Source: Felis catus
Taxonomy: Eukaryota
Assembly (NCBI RefSeq): GCF_018350175.1
Contig: NC_058368.1
Coordinates: forward strand, 238,268,001 to 238,332,000
Direction: 5' to 3'
Length of the DNA stretch: 64,000 bases
Both the position numbers and the translations under genes were made by a program. Every line of letters starts with the position of its first letter. Position 1 is the stretch's first letter. A model generated the notes under the pieces. It did no database searches and was not told the origin of the DNA. It was given only the letters and a program-made list of their open reading frames with translations. Below are positions 23,353-37,419 of this stretch, one piece after another.

Positions 23353-26344
23353 CCTACGGCTGTCACCCAGGACTTGGTTCCCCTCGGAGTGGGCACCGTG
23401 GACCAGGCGGGTGACACTGTGAGCCTTCGGGATGGCTTTTGTCACCTAGCTTTGGTGACCGCCACCCCCGCCCAGCAGGGGCCTGTCCAGAAGCTTCAGG
23501 GCAGGGGTGGGGGCTGGGGGGAGGGCCTGGACCTCCCCTCCAGGCAGGGTGTGTGACCCCGTATTGATGCAGAATCGTGCTGACGCCCAGCTTCACGCCT
23601 GGGGGACGTGTCGCACAGCTGGCTCCACGCCTACGTCCTCCTGAGACCTGCTGGCTCTGTGTCAACCCAAGAGCAGCCTGGCACCCCTCCCCGTCCCGCT
23701 GGCGGGGCCCGCAGCTCCCCGTGATACTGGTGGCTCGTGAGGGCGCTCCGCTTTCCGGGCGGCTGCCGTCCTGCCCTGGGAGCCGTCCCGTGAGTCTGTG
23801 GCGCATTTTCTCCTGGGCCGTCCGCCTCCTTCCTTCACGTTCTAACAAGTCATTCGTCAGCTCTCTGCGTGCGGCGCGTCCCCGTGCTCCCGCGTTTCCC
23901 GTCCCGTCCGCAGGCCCCAGACAGCAATGAGGCAAAGCCAGGCCCGGTCTCCAGACAGATGACAAGCGTGGGGTGTGAAACAAGGAGGCGCTGGCCTCGT
24001 TCTCGCCGTCCTGCAGAGGCCCAGGGAAGCAGCGCGCCCCGTGTGTCCAAGAAGCCAACCCCCTTCGGCTTTAACCGCGAAGGCCGAGCACGTCCTGAGG
24101 GAGCGCCTGGCCGCAGGGCCCTGGGACCCGCATGACTCATACATGCCTTGTCCACAGCAGAGCATAAATCCTGCACCGTTGCCTGCCTCTGTCGTTGTGC
24201 AGAACACCCTGAACTTATGCAATATGAATTACGTTTTGTAATGGCCTTCGTGCCACGGTCTTTGGGGACCACACTGTTTCTAGCAAGACAAAGCAAATTG
24301 CAGGATGCCTAAAGGGGCCCAACTCTCGCACACAGAAGCACATTCAATCTGACATCGTGACTCTAATGATCTCCTGTGTCGTCTTTTATTGAACACAAAG
24401 CGAGTTCTGCCCGTCAAAGCCGTGTGTGTGGCTGAGCGTCCTCGAACGGAAACGCCAGGTCACGGTGGCCTCGTTCCAAGTTCCGGGAGAAGCCGGGGCC
24501 ACGGGTGGGACCGTCTGTGGGGCCACCAGCCCGCACGCAGGTCACGGGTGGACACGAAGGCCTCCCTGTCCGCTGCCCACTCCAACAGCACCTGCTCTGG
24601 GCAAGCCCCCCGCTGGCGAGGGGCAGTCAGTGTGGAGCTGAGCCCCACAGCCCAGGTGTGTGCCCAAGGAGGCTGAGGAGGGAGGTCCTGCCCAGCGAGC
24701 CTGTGGGCGGAGGGAGCAGACACCCGGATGCTGGAGTGGGCAGACGGCCGGCAGCCGGGAGGGACCCTGTCCCCAAGGTGGCGGCTCCCCAGAACCTGGT
24801 GTGAGGGACACTGACACTTGCAGAGACTGGATCAGGAACGACGCCACACCCGATCCAGCCTGGCCCCGCCGCCCCCGCCCACAGTCGTTCGTCCCAGCGC
24901 CCCACGCGCGCCCCCAGGGCCGCTGCCCGGACACCCCCCACGCGCCACCACCGGGAAGGGCCCAGGAAGACGGCAGGGTCACAACGCAGCCTGGATTCTC
25001 CTCAAAGGAGCCAACTAGACCAGATTTGGCCGGTGTCCAGACACCAGGGCAGTGGCGACAGGAAAGGGGGAGCAGGGTGGGCAGAAGGGCCTGCGTGGCT
25101 GTATCGCGTATGTGTGCTGTGGGCGTAAACCCTACGCGCACAGTGCGCGTGAGATGCGTGTGGTCACAGCGGCCCACAGGGCACCGAGGGCGTCTGTCCG
25201 CCCATTGGCGCTCCTTGTCTTTCCTCATCTGCCAGTAGCTGTCTTAACCCTTCCCGGGACACGGACGGACCCAGTCCCAGGTCGACTGCCGGGAGGGCCT
25301 CGGGGATGCCCCCCGCCCCGGGACGGCACCTTCCGGGTCCTCCTCGCAGAGAAGACCGAGGTGAATGGGGCCCAGCCAGCCAGGGGAAGCGGGGCTCGGA
25401 GAGGTCGCTCGCACGCCTCCCACAAGGATACGCGGGCCACGGGACCACGATCTGTATCCGGCCTGTGACTCCTGGCATGTCCCCCAAACATGTCCCCTCG
25501 TGGGGTTTCCACGTACAAAGTGGGAAATAAAACAGGGCCGCGTGTTGTGGCCACAGTGACCGCCGGAGCAGGACGGATACCCCGGGCCCACAAAACACAA
25601 GGCTTCAGTCACCTGGTGCTGCCGGGTAAGTCGCTCCAGAACTGGGTGGCTTCCGGCAGGCTGCCCTTCTGTGGTCCGGAAGCAGTGTGGCTTCACCAGG
25701 CCCACCAGCCCAGGGTCCCCACTGACCGCGGGGGCCAGGCTGCGTCCTGGGAGGTTCCGCAGGCAGGAGTCGCTTCCAGGCTCCTGCCGTAGCTGCTGGA
25801 GGGGCTCACAGATCCGTGGTGGGTGGGCCTGACCTCTTGTCCTCCATACGTGGCTTGTCCACAGGGCATCTGGCAGCGCGGGGAGGGAGAGCTTCCTCTG
25901 CAGAGCCTCCAGGACGCGGCAGCTCGGGGGTGGCAGGCAGGGGCACCTGCCCCCAGAGCTGACCTTCTTGGGGAGCCCACGGTGTCTCGGGGACAGACGG
26001 CAGCCAGGGGTGCGCAGCATTATCTTAGACAGTGAGAGCCGCAAACCCAAAGGCCCACGGGACCCAAGGGGCCGGGACGCGGTCCTGTTGGCGGTGCGGC
26101 CGGGAGGGGCTCCCAACTGGGTGAGCTGACAGCTGAGGGGAAGCGCTGAGGGCCCAGAAGTCACCCAGAGACGACCTGGGTTGGTCGAGCGTCGGGGACG
26201 AGAAGGGGCCCCAACCCTGCTTCGTTACTGCCGGTGCTCCGTTTGGCCAGAGTGTAAACTCGGTGTCCCAATAGCAGGGGTGACAGTCACAAGTCCGCAG
26301 GCCCACGGCCAGCACCAGAAGCAGAGGCCAGTGCCCTTAAAGCA

Positions 26345-26570
26345 TTGCAGTGGGCTGAGTCGTGTCCCCAAAAACATGTGTTCAAGTCCTGATGCCCTGT
26401 GAACGTGGCCTTGTTGGGAAATACGGTCTTTCCAGACGTGATTGAGGTAAGAAGTTGGAAATGAGATCGGTTTCGGGTAGGCCTTAAATCCAACGATGGG
26501 GTCTTTGCGAGGCTCCGAAAAGGGGAGACGCAGGCCCACGGGGGAAGGCCCGTGAGGACGGAGGCAGGGC
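26345..26570 (+). mobile_element. MLT1B/C-like LTR 5' part
   Basis: gggctgagtcgtgtccccaaaa...tgtgaacgtggccttgttgggaaatacggtctttccagacgtgatt. Confidence 0.85.
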
Positions 26571-27944
26571 GGGGGTGCGGGAGGCCGCCCGCTACTCAAC
26601 ACGGAGAGAAAACACGGCACGTTCTTCCCGGCCCACGGCCCCCAGGGTGCCCACGGGCGTCAGACTGACCGTCCTCCCCTTGCCGGGCCACTCAGCCACG
26701 CTTCCCTCCCAAGGCCTGTGCCGCCACCTCCCGGGACACGTAGCTCCTTTCCCTGACCCCCCAGGCACCGGGGCCGCGGGGAGCCGCACGTCCTGATGCG
26801 CTGTCAGCAGCGGCACCCGGGGATGGATCGCGCGACACGCGGGGGCCGCACACCGCAGGCCAGGATGGCCGTTCCCCGCCCTCCAGAGGGAGATACGGCT
26901 CCGTGATGGATACCCCGCTAATGGGCCAGGAGAATCGCGCCCCAGCAGGGAGCCCCGCGCGTTCATACATCTTGTAAGGAGCCGAGATCCTAATCTGGGC
27001 AGCCTGCTCCCGCACATCCCCCACCGGGGGGAGGGGAGGGGCGGGGGGGACAGGGACGGGCGCCAGCCTCCCACCGGCCGCCGCTCACTGCGGGCCTGCT
27101 CTGTGCAGACGCGGGGCGCACGGGGTGCCCCGGAGGACGCTTGGCTGCGGTCTGCCGCTGGCCCGGCCGGGAATGGTTGGGAGGGGCCGGGACCATCCGT
27201 CCAAGTCACTGCCCTCAAGGCCCAGTGGCTTCTTCCTGGAAGAGGAAGGCCTGCCCGGTGGTTGCTTCCATGACCCGTGCCCCGTGGCAGCCCGAGGGGT
27301 GGTGGTCCGGAGGAGAGGTGGGCAGGAAAGCCCTCTCTCCCGCAAGTGCCCCCGAGGTCGCTCTCCCTGGGGCCGTTAGTCCGGGGGGCGCCTGAGATGT
27401 GTCTCCGGACCCGGCCTTCGGTAGGCGTCCCCTCAGGTGGGCAACGGTGCCCCTTACCTGGCTCCACTCTGGAGGAGACACCTGTTCCCACCCGCCTCGA
27501 CCCGGAGGGACAGTGCAGTCTTCCTGCTGGGAGTCACTGGCAGGGCTTTCATTTCCAGATTTGGCCGCCTCTGACTGATACACAGTCCCTGGAGCTTTGC
27601 CTGGAGGATGGGGTCAGTGAGACTCCCAGTGGGACACAGGACGGGCCCAGAGCCACAGCTGCGGGGCGGCGGGGGGGGGGGGGGGCTTTCCAGGGACCCC
27701 CCCCCCACTCCTCCCTCAGCCATTTCCAGAAGATCGGCAATGGGAAATCGGCTCATTTACCAGAATTTCCATAACGAGCACGCAAACTTCAGGTCTGACT
27801 CTTCAGCAGGTCCGGAGACCCTCCTCGTGTTAAGCGTTTTCCCCTTTCCCGCACTCTGACTGCAGTCAGGCAGGTGGGGCGGCCGCACAAAGCAAGTCTG
27901 TCCTCCCCGGCATGGACGTGAGGCAGGGTTGGTCCCCAAGGCGG

Positions 27945-28182
27945 GGAGGGGACTCTGGTCCTTGCGTCTCTCCGGCTCAGTGTCCCCACCTCTGCCCCCA
28001 CATCACGGGGCGCCTTCCATGTGAGCCTGCCCCAGACTTGCCCTTCTTATGAGGTCACGGGCCCTGTTGGGTTAGGGCCCACCTGCTCCAGTGTGACCCC
28101 ATCTTCTCCTGAAAGCACCCTGCTTCCAAAAAAGTAAAAGACTCCAACATGTGCATTTCGGGGGACACAGTCCAGACCCCCA
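27945..28182 (-). mobile_element. MLT1 LTR fragment
   Basis: ttcttatgaggtcac...ttagggcccacc...tgaccccatctt...ggggacacagtcca. Confidence 0.65.
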
Positions 28183-29399
28183 CTCTCACTGGCTTTCTCG
28201 AAGGCGGTGCGTCTCAGCCTCCCGCTGCCCTGGTGGGAGGCTGTGGTAGCTGCCTCAACAGATTCCATTTTTGGGCTGCCTCGGCCACCGAGGCTTCCTG
28301 CACTGTCCGCAGGGGACATTCGGGGAACTTCTGGGCACCCAGGAGCTTCTTGTGCGCAGCAGTCCCTCCGGGGGCCCCCGGGCCTCTGTCCTTGTCTGCT
28401 GGGTCCCTCGCCCCTTGGACAAAGTCAGGTCCTCAACCCCATGGGGGCAGGCACTTCTTGGCCTCGTTCACCCCGTACCCTCACTGCCGTGTGCACAAAT
28501 CCTAATCAGTGGGTGCTCACGGAGGGAATGTTTGCTGGATGAAATAGCCAGGCGGTGACTGGGTCGGCAAATCGTTTTGCCGAATCTCACTGAAAATCAG
28601 AGAAAGCGCCCCGCTCAAGGACACGGTGAACGTGTAAACAGAGTTAGAAGCTTTCTGAAAACAGTAGACGTCTTGATGACAAAACCAGCTGTCCCCAAGC
28701 CCAGAAGAGCCAGATCTCCGGGAAAGGATGGTCTGCTGGATGTAACTCTGCAGCAGCTCAGGCCCCGGGCCGGCTGAGGACAGACTTCCGGAGCTGACCA
28801 CGGGGAGGGCTCAGCGGGCCTGGCCGCCCAGCGTCAGCCCAGGAGGGACCCAGAACCAGGAGACAGGACACAGCGCCGCGCCCCAAGTCCTGTCTGGAAG
28901 GGACGGACGGCAGGGGAGGGGCCCTCCCCGGCCAGAGAGCGGGTGCCCGATCCCGGTGCTCACTCCGGCCCTGGGGCCGACGACCTTCTTTGTGCCTCTC
29001 AGTCACCAGGTCAGGAGGGCCCAGAGCTGGACGCTCGCACCAAACCCTCCTGGTGAGTCTACGATGCCGGGACTCAGGAAACCTTCTCCGCCGCCCGGGG
29101 CTGATTGCTGCTCAGGTCCATCAGGGGACGAAGGGGCCTCGCCTTTCGGTTTCCTCCAGAAAAGATCACGGCAGACTTCTCATGGGACCACTGTCTCTCC
29201 GGCAAGGGGGGCTCCCTCAGGGTGGCCGATGCTGCATCTTTGTCTTTTTGGGGTGATCACCATGTACCGGGAAGGACCTGGCGTCCCCAAGGCTTCATCT
29301 GTAAACATGGCCACACAGAGCGCAGAGCACGGGCGGGCGGGAGTCTTGTCTCCTTGAGCACCTGAGGACCTGCCCAGCACGGGGACACACACGGACGCG

Positions 29400-29761
29400 G
29401 TGTCCCCAGACTGCAGCCCCACGGCCAGAGTGTCCTGGGTGCACAGCACCATGGCTCAGCAGTCCAAGACCAAGGTGTCACAGACTTGTGCCACGAGGGA
29501 GAATCTCCCCCGGACTGGGGGGGTCCCGGCAACCCCAGGCCTTCCTGGGCGTGTAGACACTTCACCGTGTTACTGTCGCGTCTTCTCCGTGTGTGTGTGT
29601 GTCTCTGAGTCAGTCATATTGGATCAAGACCCACCCTATGACCTTACTTTGACTTAATTACCTCTGTGAAGACCCTCATTCCACGTGAGGTCACAGTCAG
29701 GTGTCCTGGAGGTTAGGACTCTGGCACGTATTTCCGGGAGGACAAAATCCGGCCCAGAACA
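29400..29761 (-). mobile_element. MLT1C-like solo LTR
   Basis: agtccaagaccaaggtgtca...cagtcatattggat...ttaattacctctgtgaagaccct...gttaggact. Confidence 0.8.
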
Positions 29762-31225
29762 CAGGGCTTCCTCGCTGGGCGGTGCTAATGGCAGTGTGGG
29801 CACCAGAAGGGGGACGGGGTCCGGAGAGCAGGACCACCCTGAGCCCTCGCCCCCATCGCTCACCAGTCCGGCCCCCCAACCCGTCAGCCTCAGGAACCTG
29901 CCGCGGCTTGGCCAGCATGGGACCCTTCCCTGCCGCAGGGCCCGGGTCGCTTCTGTGTGGCCCTGAAAGGCATCCAGGTTTCCTCCAGGAGTCACAGCTC
30001 TGCTCGGGCCAGGGCCCACCATCCTCCCCACACGGACGCCTACCCATGGCCGGGACATACAAGTATTTCAGCACTTGGGTCTCTCTGGTGACAGTCACCA
30101 GTGAGCCCCACTCGGGCTGCACACCAGGCCTCCTTTGGGTCTGAACAGAGTTTGGAGAAGGAGAGGCGCACCCCTTCTGCTGGGGTGGATCCCTAAAGGC
30201 TGCCGAGCCAGGGCCAGCCAGGGCCACATCCCCCAGGCCGCAGGAGCATGCCGCCGCGGTCCCGTCCCGCCGGCCGCTGTCTGTCACGCGGCCGGACGTC
30301 CCAGGATGAGCTGCGTCCGTCTCCGGGACGAAAGGACAGGTGGAAGGGGGAACTGACCAGTCCCGTCCGTGAGGACCCTTGCTGGAGTCGGGGAACACGT
30401 AACTGGGGAGAACTCGTAACCCTCTGCTACGTGCAGGGAACACGAAACCCTCGGTGTGGCTGAGGGAAATAAAACCCAAAGGGAAAGGAGAAATCTTCAG
30501 ATACTAAGTGTAAAACTCTTCTTGCTTCTGGAAAATAAAGGAAGCACGGCTCAGTGTCAGTCTGTTCCAGGGACCCTCGTGTCTACGTCAGAGGCAGCGG
30601 AAGCACACGTTCGCCTGGAAACGAAAGCCGGGGACGCGGGAACCAGGTCACTGACCGAACCCGAGCCAGTGAGAAGCCGTGACTTATCCTCACCGTGCTT
30701 GGGTGTTAGAAGCCACAGAACGGTGCGGCCAACCGGAAGAGACTCGGGTCCCTCGCAGCCACGACGAGCGCAAGCACGCTTGCCTGGGCCACGAGAACAT
30801 CGCCATTTCCCTAAACAGCACCTCCGACGAAAGTCCCCTTACACGGGAGATCAGAGAACGCACGGGGCTATCGCAGGTCGCCCGACCGGCCTCTCCCTTT
30901 TCAGGTGAGGCCCGGGAGGGGCCAGGTCAAGGTCACGGAGAGAGGGGGAGCACAAGGGCACGGGGACCGCGCGCTGGTTTCCCAGGACCAACTGCTGCGT
31001 CCAGCGGGTCGGCCACGGAGGGGTGCAGGGGCCGGCCCCGCAGGCGATCCCACACGCTCATCCCTGGGCCTTCTTAACGGCACTTCTAAGTTGTCAGCCC
31101 GTGGCCTGGAGGAATGCTGTGCACCCTGGGCCCATGGACCCTCTCGGTGCTGAATGCCCCACGGCAGGGCGCCCCAAGCTGTTCCTCTGCAAGGATAGGG
31201 CAGAGGCGTGCAGGCTCCCTCTCCA

Positions 31226-31228
<3 letters not shown>

Positions 31229-31280
<52 letters not shown>
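31229..31280. repeat. Compound (TG)n(AG)n microsatellite
   Basis: Perfect TG run followed by a GA run. Confidence 0.97.
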
Positions 31281-31884
31281 CTTGCCAGCTGTAGAGAAAC
31301 CAAGAGCAGCAAGAAGACGGGCCCCAGATAAACAGCAAATGATTTTTTGGTATACGTATGTCCCAAATACTGCGTGGGACGTACTTATACTAAAAAAACA
31401 AAAACAATCATTAACTGAAACTCAAACTCAGCCACGTGTTCTGCATCTTACCCCACACCCGTACATGAGATGGCCCTGAAGCTGGCAGAGCAAGGAGAAG
31501 ACAACCAGTTACGAACAGTTCCTGAGCTGGGCACCCCTCTTCCCATGAGGGCCACGGCTCACAGCCCCGGATGTGGGGAGGCCAGAGGCCAGGGGACCTG
31601 CACTCACCTGGCCACCGTCCCCCAAGCCGCTCCGCAGGGAGGGTCGGGGAGCCGGGTGCCAACGGACGTGTCAAAGCACACCCCGTCCAGCACCCAGGCT
31701 GCCCGGGGAACACACTCTGGGTACAAAATGGACTGTTGCTTCTTTGACTTTCTGTGCCCTAACGCACAGCTTTTATAACAATTTTCTCAGGACCCGGGAA
31801 GGATAGTTCAGGGGATCAGAAAGTGCCTCGCTGTGACTTGGAGACCGTGCACGGTGATGCCTGGATGGCTGCAGGGTTGACCGG

Positions 31885-32290
31885 TTGTCCTTGCAGCATG
31901 ACAAATTACCCAGAACTTGTCAACATGAAGCCTGTAACTTCCTCACATCATTTCTCTGGGTCCGGATGTGGAGACAGCTAGGCCGGCAGGTTCTGTCTCG
32001 GGCCCCTCGTGAGGCTGCAGATGAGACGTGGGGGCTGCAGTCCCTCTAGGTCTTGACGGGTCTGGAGGGCCCACATCCAGGGGCCTTCACTCACATGCCT
32101 CAAAAGTTGACGCTGGATGTGGACTGGAGGCCTCTGTTCCTGCCCCGTGGCCTCAGGCTGCTTGCACATCCTCATGACCTGCAGCCCACCACCAGCAGGG
32201 AGGCCCCCTGCGTTCCGGGAGAAGGGGCAGAAATCTCAAGGGCCTCCCTCCGGAAATCTCTCGTGATCAGAAGCCACACGCCCAGGGCCT
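31885..32290 (-). mobile_element. MLT1F/H-like LTR
   Basis: acaaattacccagaactt...gaggctgcag...ttcactcacatg...catcctcatgac. Confidence 0.7.
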
Positions 32291-32439
32291 GGCCAGCTGG
32301 GTGTGCCAGCCAGGGCCCCAAACCCACAAGCTCAGCCACAACTGGAACTCACACCCACACCAGGACCCCCCTGAGCCCCACGGAGTCCAGACCAACATGG
32401 CATCCAGGGAATCACGAGTGATGAACGGACGTGGTTTTG

Positions 32440-34910
32440 CAGATTCACCGAGGTGTGACTGACAAATACACATTGTACATACTTGAGGTGTAACGTGATG
32501 ATTTGGTCTATGTATATATGGCGATGTGATTACCGTGACCCAGTGAATTTACACACCCACCACCTCGCCCAGTTGCCGTCGTGCATGTGTGGGGGGAACA
32601 CTGAAGATCTACTGCTAAGACGAAGGTCTTAGGTCAAGGTCAAGGAGCTTTTCCCCTAAGCTTTCTTTTAGGAGTTTTATGGTTTCAGGTCTTACATTTC
32701 AATCTTTAATCGATTTTGAGTTAATTCTTATGAATGGCATAAGATAAGGATACAATTCCATTCTTCTGCATGTAGACATTCAGTTTTTCCAGCACCATTT
32801 ATTGAAAAGACTGTCCTTTCCCCATGGAGAGCTCTTGGGTCTCTTGTCAAAGATTAGTTGCCTATTGTGTGTGTGTGGTGGGGGGGGGGGGGGTTATTTC
32901 TGAGCTCTCTGTTCTGTTGGTCTACGTGGTTGTTTTTATGCCAGCATCACACTGTTTTGATTACTATAGACTTGAAATATGGTTCAAGAAATCAAGAGCT
33001 GTGGTGCCCCCAATTCTGTTCTTTCTCAATAGGGTTTTGCCTATGTGAGTTCTTTTGAGGTTACCTACAAATTTTAGGATTTCTTTTTCTATTCCTATGA
33101 AAAGATTGCTTTGGGTAGGATGCACAGTCTAACAATATTAATTCTTCCAATCCATGAACATGGGATATCCCTCCATTCATTCATTCTTCCATCCATGTCA
33201 TAGCTTTCAGTGTTCAGATCTTTTACCTCCTTGGCTAAATGTTTTCCTAAGTATTTTGTTCATTTTGATGCTATTGTAAATGGGATCATTTTCTTCATTT
33301 CTTTTTCAGATGGTTCGTTCTTACTGTATACAAACACAACTGATTTTATGTGTTCATTTTGTGTCCTGCAACTTTATAGGATCGGTTTATTAGAGGATTT
33401 TCTATATGTAAGGCAATGTCATCTACAAATAGTCACGTATTCCTTTTTCCTTTCTGATTTTACTTTTTCTTGCCTAATTGCTGTAGCTAGGACTTCCACT
33501 ACTGTGCTGAATGAAAGTGGTGAGAGTGGGCATCCTTGCCTTGTTCCTGATTCTGGAGCAAAAGCTTCCAACTTGTGATCATCGAGGATGATGTAAGTTG
33601 TGGGCTGTCATCTCTGTGTTTATTATATTGGGGTACATTCTTTCTATACCTAATTTGTGGAGTTTTTATCATGAAAGGATGTTTAATTTTGTCAAATGCT
33701 TTTTATAAATGTTTCATTCTGCCAATGTTGTGGATCACCTTGATTGATTTCTACATGTTGAACCCATCTTCGCATCCCAGGGATGAATCCCACTTGATCA
33801 TGGTGTATGATCCTTTGTATGTCCTATTAGTCTTGATTTGCTAGTATTTAGTTGAGGATTTTTGCATCCATTACAGGGATATTGCCCTATAATTCTCTTT
33901 CCTTGTAGTGTCCTTGCCTGGCTAGGAATGAGCATAATGCGGGTCTCATAAAGTAAGTTTGGAAGTGTTCTCTCCTCTTCAATTATTTGGAAGAGTTTGC
34001 GAGTGATTGGCATGAACTCTTCTTTAAATATTTGGGGCAACATGAAGCCATCCATGTCCTGGGTTTTCCTGGCTGGGAGGTTTTTGATTACTGCTTCAAT
34101 CTCCTTGCCTTCTATTTGTTCAGATTTTCTAGTCCTTTCTGATCCAGTCTTGGTAGGTTGTGTGTTTCTAGGAATTTATCCATTTATTTTAGGTTATTTG
34201 ATTTGTTGGCATGTAATTGTTCATAGTTGTCTCTTATGATCCTTTGTATTTCTGTGGTATCTGTTGTGATGACTCCTCTTCCATGTTTGTCACCAGAGAC
34301 TAGGGAGGGTAGGGGCCCTCTCTGGACCCAGGGCGAACAGAACTGCCTCCAGGTCCTCGGTCAGCAGGGCTGTTGCTGGGACAAGTGTCTACTTCAATCT
34401 CAAGTTTGGTCTGTGAACAACAGGCCTGTTACCATGCTTATGGAAGAAGTGGCTCCCACCTGGTCCCTTGAAGGAATCCTGTCACGTCCTTGGGCAGGTT
34501 CCTACGCAGACCAAGGATTGCCCTTGGATCATGGCTGAGCTGCCTCCAGGGCCATGGACGGGAACACTTCCCAGCAGGTCCCTAGGTGGAGAGGACTGTT
34601 CCTGGACTGTCACTAGGAGGAGCAGGAGGCAGGCTCAGGACTTCGGGCAGGTACAACTGCCCCCAGGGCCCTGGTCAAATGTAGCTGATCTCCAAAGGGG
34701 ATGGGGCAGTTCCCAGGTTTGGGGCTGGAACTGCCATCCAAGTGTAGACATCCCTCCTCAAAACAACTTTCCCTTGTCTGGGGTTTCTCGGGTCCCAACC
34801 TTGATCCTGAAGTGTGCTCAAAGGCACTTCTGTCCACAGGTGGCTGCCAAATTACTGCTGTGGGGACTCGAGTGTGGGAACTCCTACCCCTCCAGCCACC
34901 TGCTGACACC
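32440..34910 (-). mobile_element. L1 (L1MA9/L1M3-like) with both termini and large internal deletions
   Basis: 3' terminus at about 32440-32615, ORF2 RT region at about 32620-34280 (QIFKEE...LFQIIEEERTLPNLLYE), and 5' UTR-like end (aaaggcacttctgtccacaggtggctgccaaatta) near 34820-34910. Confidence 0.85.
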
Positions 34911-36389
34911 CAGATCCCAGTGGTGGTTGTCTGCAGCCCCCAGACTCGGCGATCTGTTACAGGGTGAGAGCCATCGGATACTCGGCCCTGCTGGGGGCTG
35001 TCGTTCCCCTGAGTAGAGGTGTCCTATTCTGCTCACCTCCAAGCGCCCCTGCCCGGAACGCATCTGACACACAGTGGGTAGCACACGCCGGAAGCACCCT
35101 GCCTTCTGCAGCACCCCCTCCCCCGAACAGCCCCAGGTGCGTGGAGCTGTGAGTGGCGCACGTGCTTGCACACACACAGGCCACGTGTCTGCGCGAGGGC
35201 AGAGACCACGGGAGGCTGAGGCTGTCATTCTCGTCACACAGAGAACAAAGCCCTCGGGCTTGAGGAGCCGACCGTAAATACCTCATACGGTCGGTTGGAG
35301 GGGGCACCCTCTCATCTCTACCTGCCCTGCGTGTTTTCCGGTAGCGGCCCCTTGGCCACCCGTGTGTGGCATCTGACGCCCACGGTCCACCAGACCAGCC
35401 ACTCCCGAGGCCGGCAGGGGGCTAATGCCCCGCTGCGATCGTAGACGGCTAGAGAGGACTCTGGCCCACGCCCGTGTTCCCGCACCCACGACCAACATCA
35501 CGGTAACGAGCCTTCCCGGGCTCCAGATCTCAGCCTCTCCCTCTGCTGGATTTCACCCATGCTCTACCCCCTACCCGGCTACGGGCAGGCTGCAGCCTTT
35601 CTCCCCACGCTCCAGCCAGCACGCTTCCCATGAGCAACACCAGGCACGGCCTTCACGGCCTTCTTGACCCGGGTATCACTGCAGAGAACCCTGAAATCCA
35701 GGCCCGGCCCCCTCCCCAGGTCCCACCAGAACCCCCAGGCCCCACGCCCACTCTCTGGCTCCTGGTTTACAGACTGGGGCGTCCACTGTGGACCTACGGC
35801 CCTTCGCGTGAGGACCTGGAAGGCCTTCTGCAGGCAAGCTCAGGTCCCACCAGCTGCCACCTGTCTGATTCCAGGGGCTCCAGAGACCCGGGCCCCACAT
35901 CCCCACCCCCACCAGAGGGCGGGCCGTGGCCGAGGACGTGGCTCACCCCGAGCCTGCAGCAGCCCAAGGGGGCCTATCAGCTTTCCTCCCAGCCAACCCC
36001 CACCCCAGGGCCCCTAACCCCTCATCTCTAGCCCCAGATGGCAATGGGACCTCCAAGCTCAAACTGAGAACATCATCTTTTAGGAACATGTGGTCCAGGG
36101 AGACTCCACGTCCCAGGGACTTGGCCCAGAACAAGAAACTCAAAACAGGCCAAGGCATCCCCCACCTGTGCCCTCTCCACCACCACCTTCTGCAGGGGAC
36201 CCGCAGGCTCTGGGAAGCCCCGCAAGAGCACGTCTATGGGACTCCCCCATGCAGGTCCGGGGGAAGCAGGTGCGGGGGCCCTGTTGTAGAAGGGCCTCGG
36301 GCATCTTGGACTCTCTCACCCAGGTCAGCTTGATCAGCAGGTGCAAATTCCACCCATGGTTCGTGCAGTAAGGCATCCCCACAAAAGGA

Positions 36390-37030
36390 TGTTCATTCCT
36401 CAGCGTGTGCTTTTGGGGTGCTAACTCTGTGCAGGAACACTGCCAAGAGCCAGATGTCTGAGCCCCTCCTCACCCCCCAGGGTGCAGACATGAGCAAAGA
36501 AGTCACAAGACGTGGGAAGGAAAGGTTGGGAGTAACAAGCATATGATGTGTGATGGGGGACGGTGGGGGGTGCTCGGACCGTGGTCCCTCCACGAAGAGT
36601 CAGGGGAGACCTGAGCGGGAGGAAGGCGGGGTGTGCTGGTCTGGGTGGGAGAGCACACCACGCAGTGGCCAAGCAGAGGCCCTGGGGCTGCCGAGGGGGC
36701 CACAAAGCAGTGGGGGGGGGAGGGCAGGGGGCCACAGGGACTGAGGGTCAGTGGCGCCTGGGAGACCCCATGGGCTGGGTCAAGGGGTGTGGATTTTATC
36801 CCAGGTGCTGTGGGAGCCTCTGCAGCGCTCGGCAAGGGAGTGACCAGCTCTGGGGTGGATCGGCCAGCATCCCTCCAGCGGCTGTGGGGACCGGCAGGAG
36901 GCTCCCAGGCAGGAGTAGAAGCAGGAGGCCAGTGGGCAGGGGACTCTGCCCGGATGGCAGGTCACCGAGGGGACCCTCCAATGGTGGGGCAGGGTCTGAG
37001 CAGGACGAGTAAGAGAGTCGGAGGTGCCGC
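36390..37030 (-). mobile_element. L2 (L2a-like) 3' region
   Basis: ttcattcctcagc...tgtgcaggaacactg, then gtggattttatcc...gggagcc...gggagtgacc, collinear with the L2 reverse complement. Confidence 0.7.
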
Positions 37031-37277
37031 ACCTGGGGAGAGGGGCAAATGATGGGGCCGCGACGGCTATCCTGGGGCCGTGCTGTCCAGTGACCCGGGA
37101 AGCCGGTGCCATCACCCCATGACCCGCAGGCCGGGCTGGGGTACGGGATCTCCAGCAGGGCCAACTGACCTTGAGGTAGGGCCGGGAGGGTGACCAGGTC
37201 AGGCCACCGTGGACCTTGGACTTGGTTGGGGGCCACGGGGGCAGAGTCCAGGTGGTTCCAATGGGGGGTGCTGACGG

Positions 37278-37410
37278 CCCCTCCTCTCTCCCCCCTCCCC
37301 CCTCCCCCCTCCCTCCTCCTCTCCTCTCCCCTCCCCCGTCTTCCCCTCTGCTTCTTCCCCCCTTCCCTCCTCCCCTGCCCTCCCTGGCCTCTGGGGCCTC
37401 CCTTCTCTAG
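37278..37410. repeat. Polypyrimidine low-complexity tract
   Basis: C/T-dominated run. Confidence 0.85.
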
Positions 37411-37419
37411 GGGTGTCTT

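Noticed and set aside
33798..34055. ORFs with reverse-transcriptase-like text (also 45335-45559, 61317-61514 and 18479-18703)
   Set aside because: Frameshifted L1 ORF2 remnants, not functional genes.
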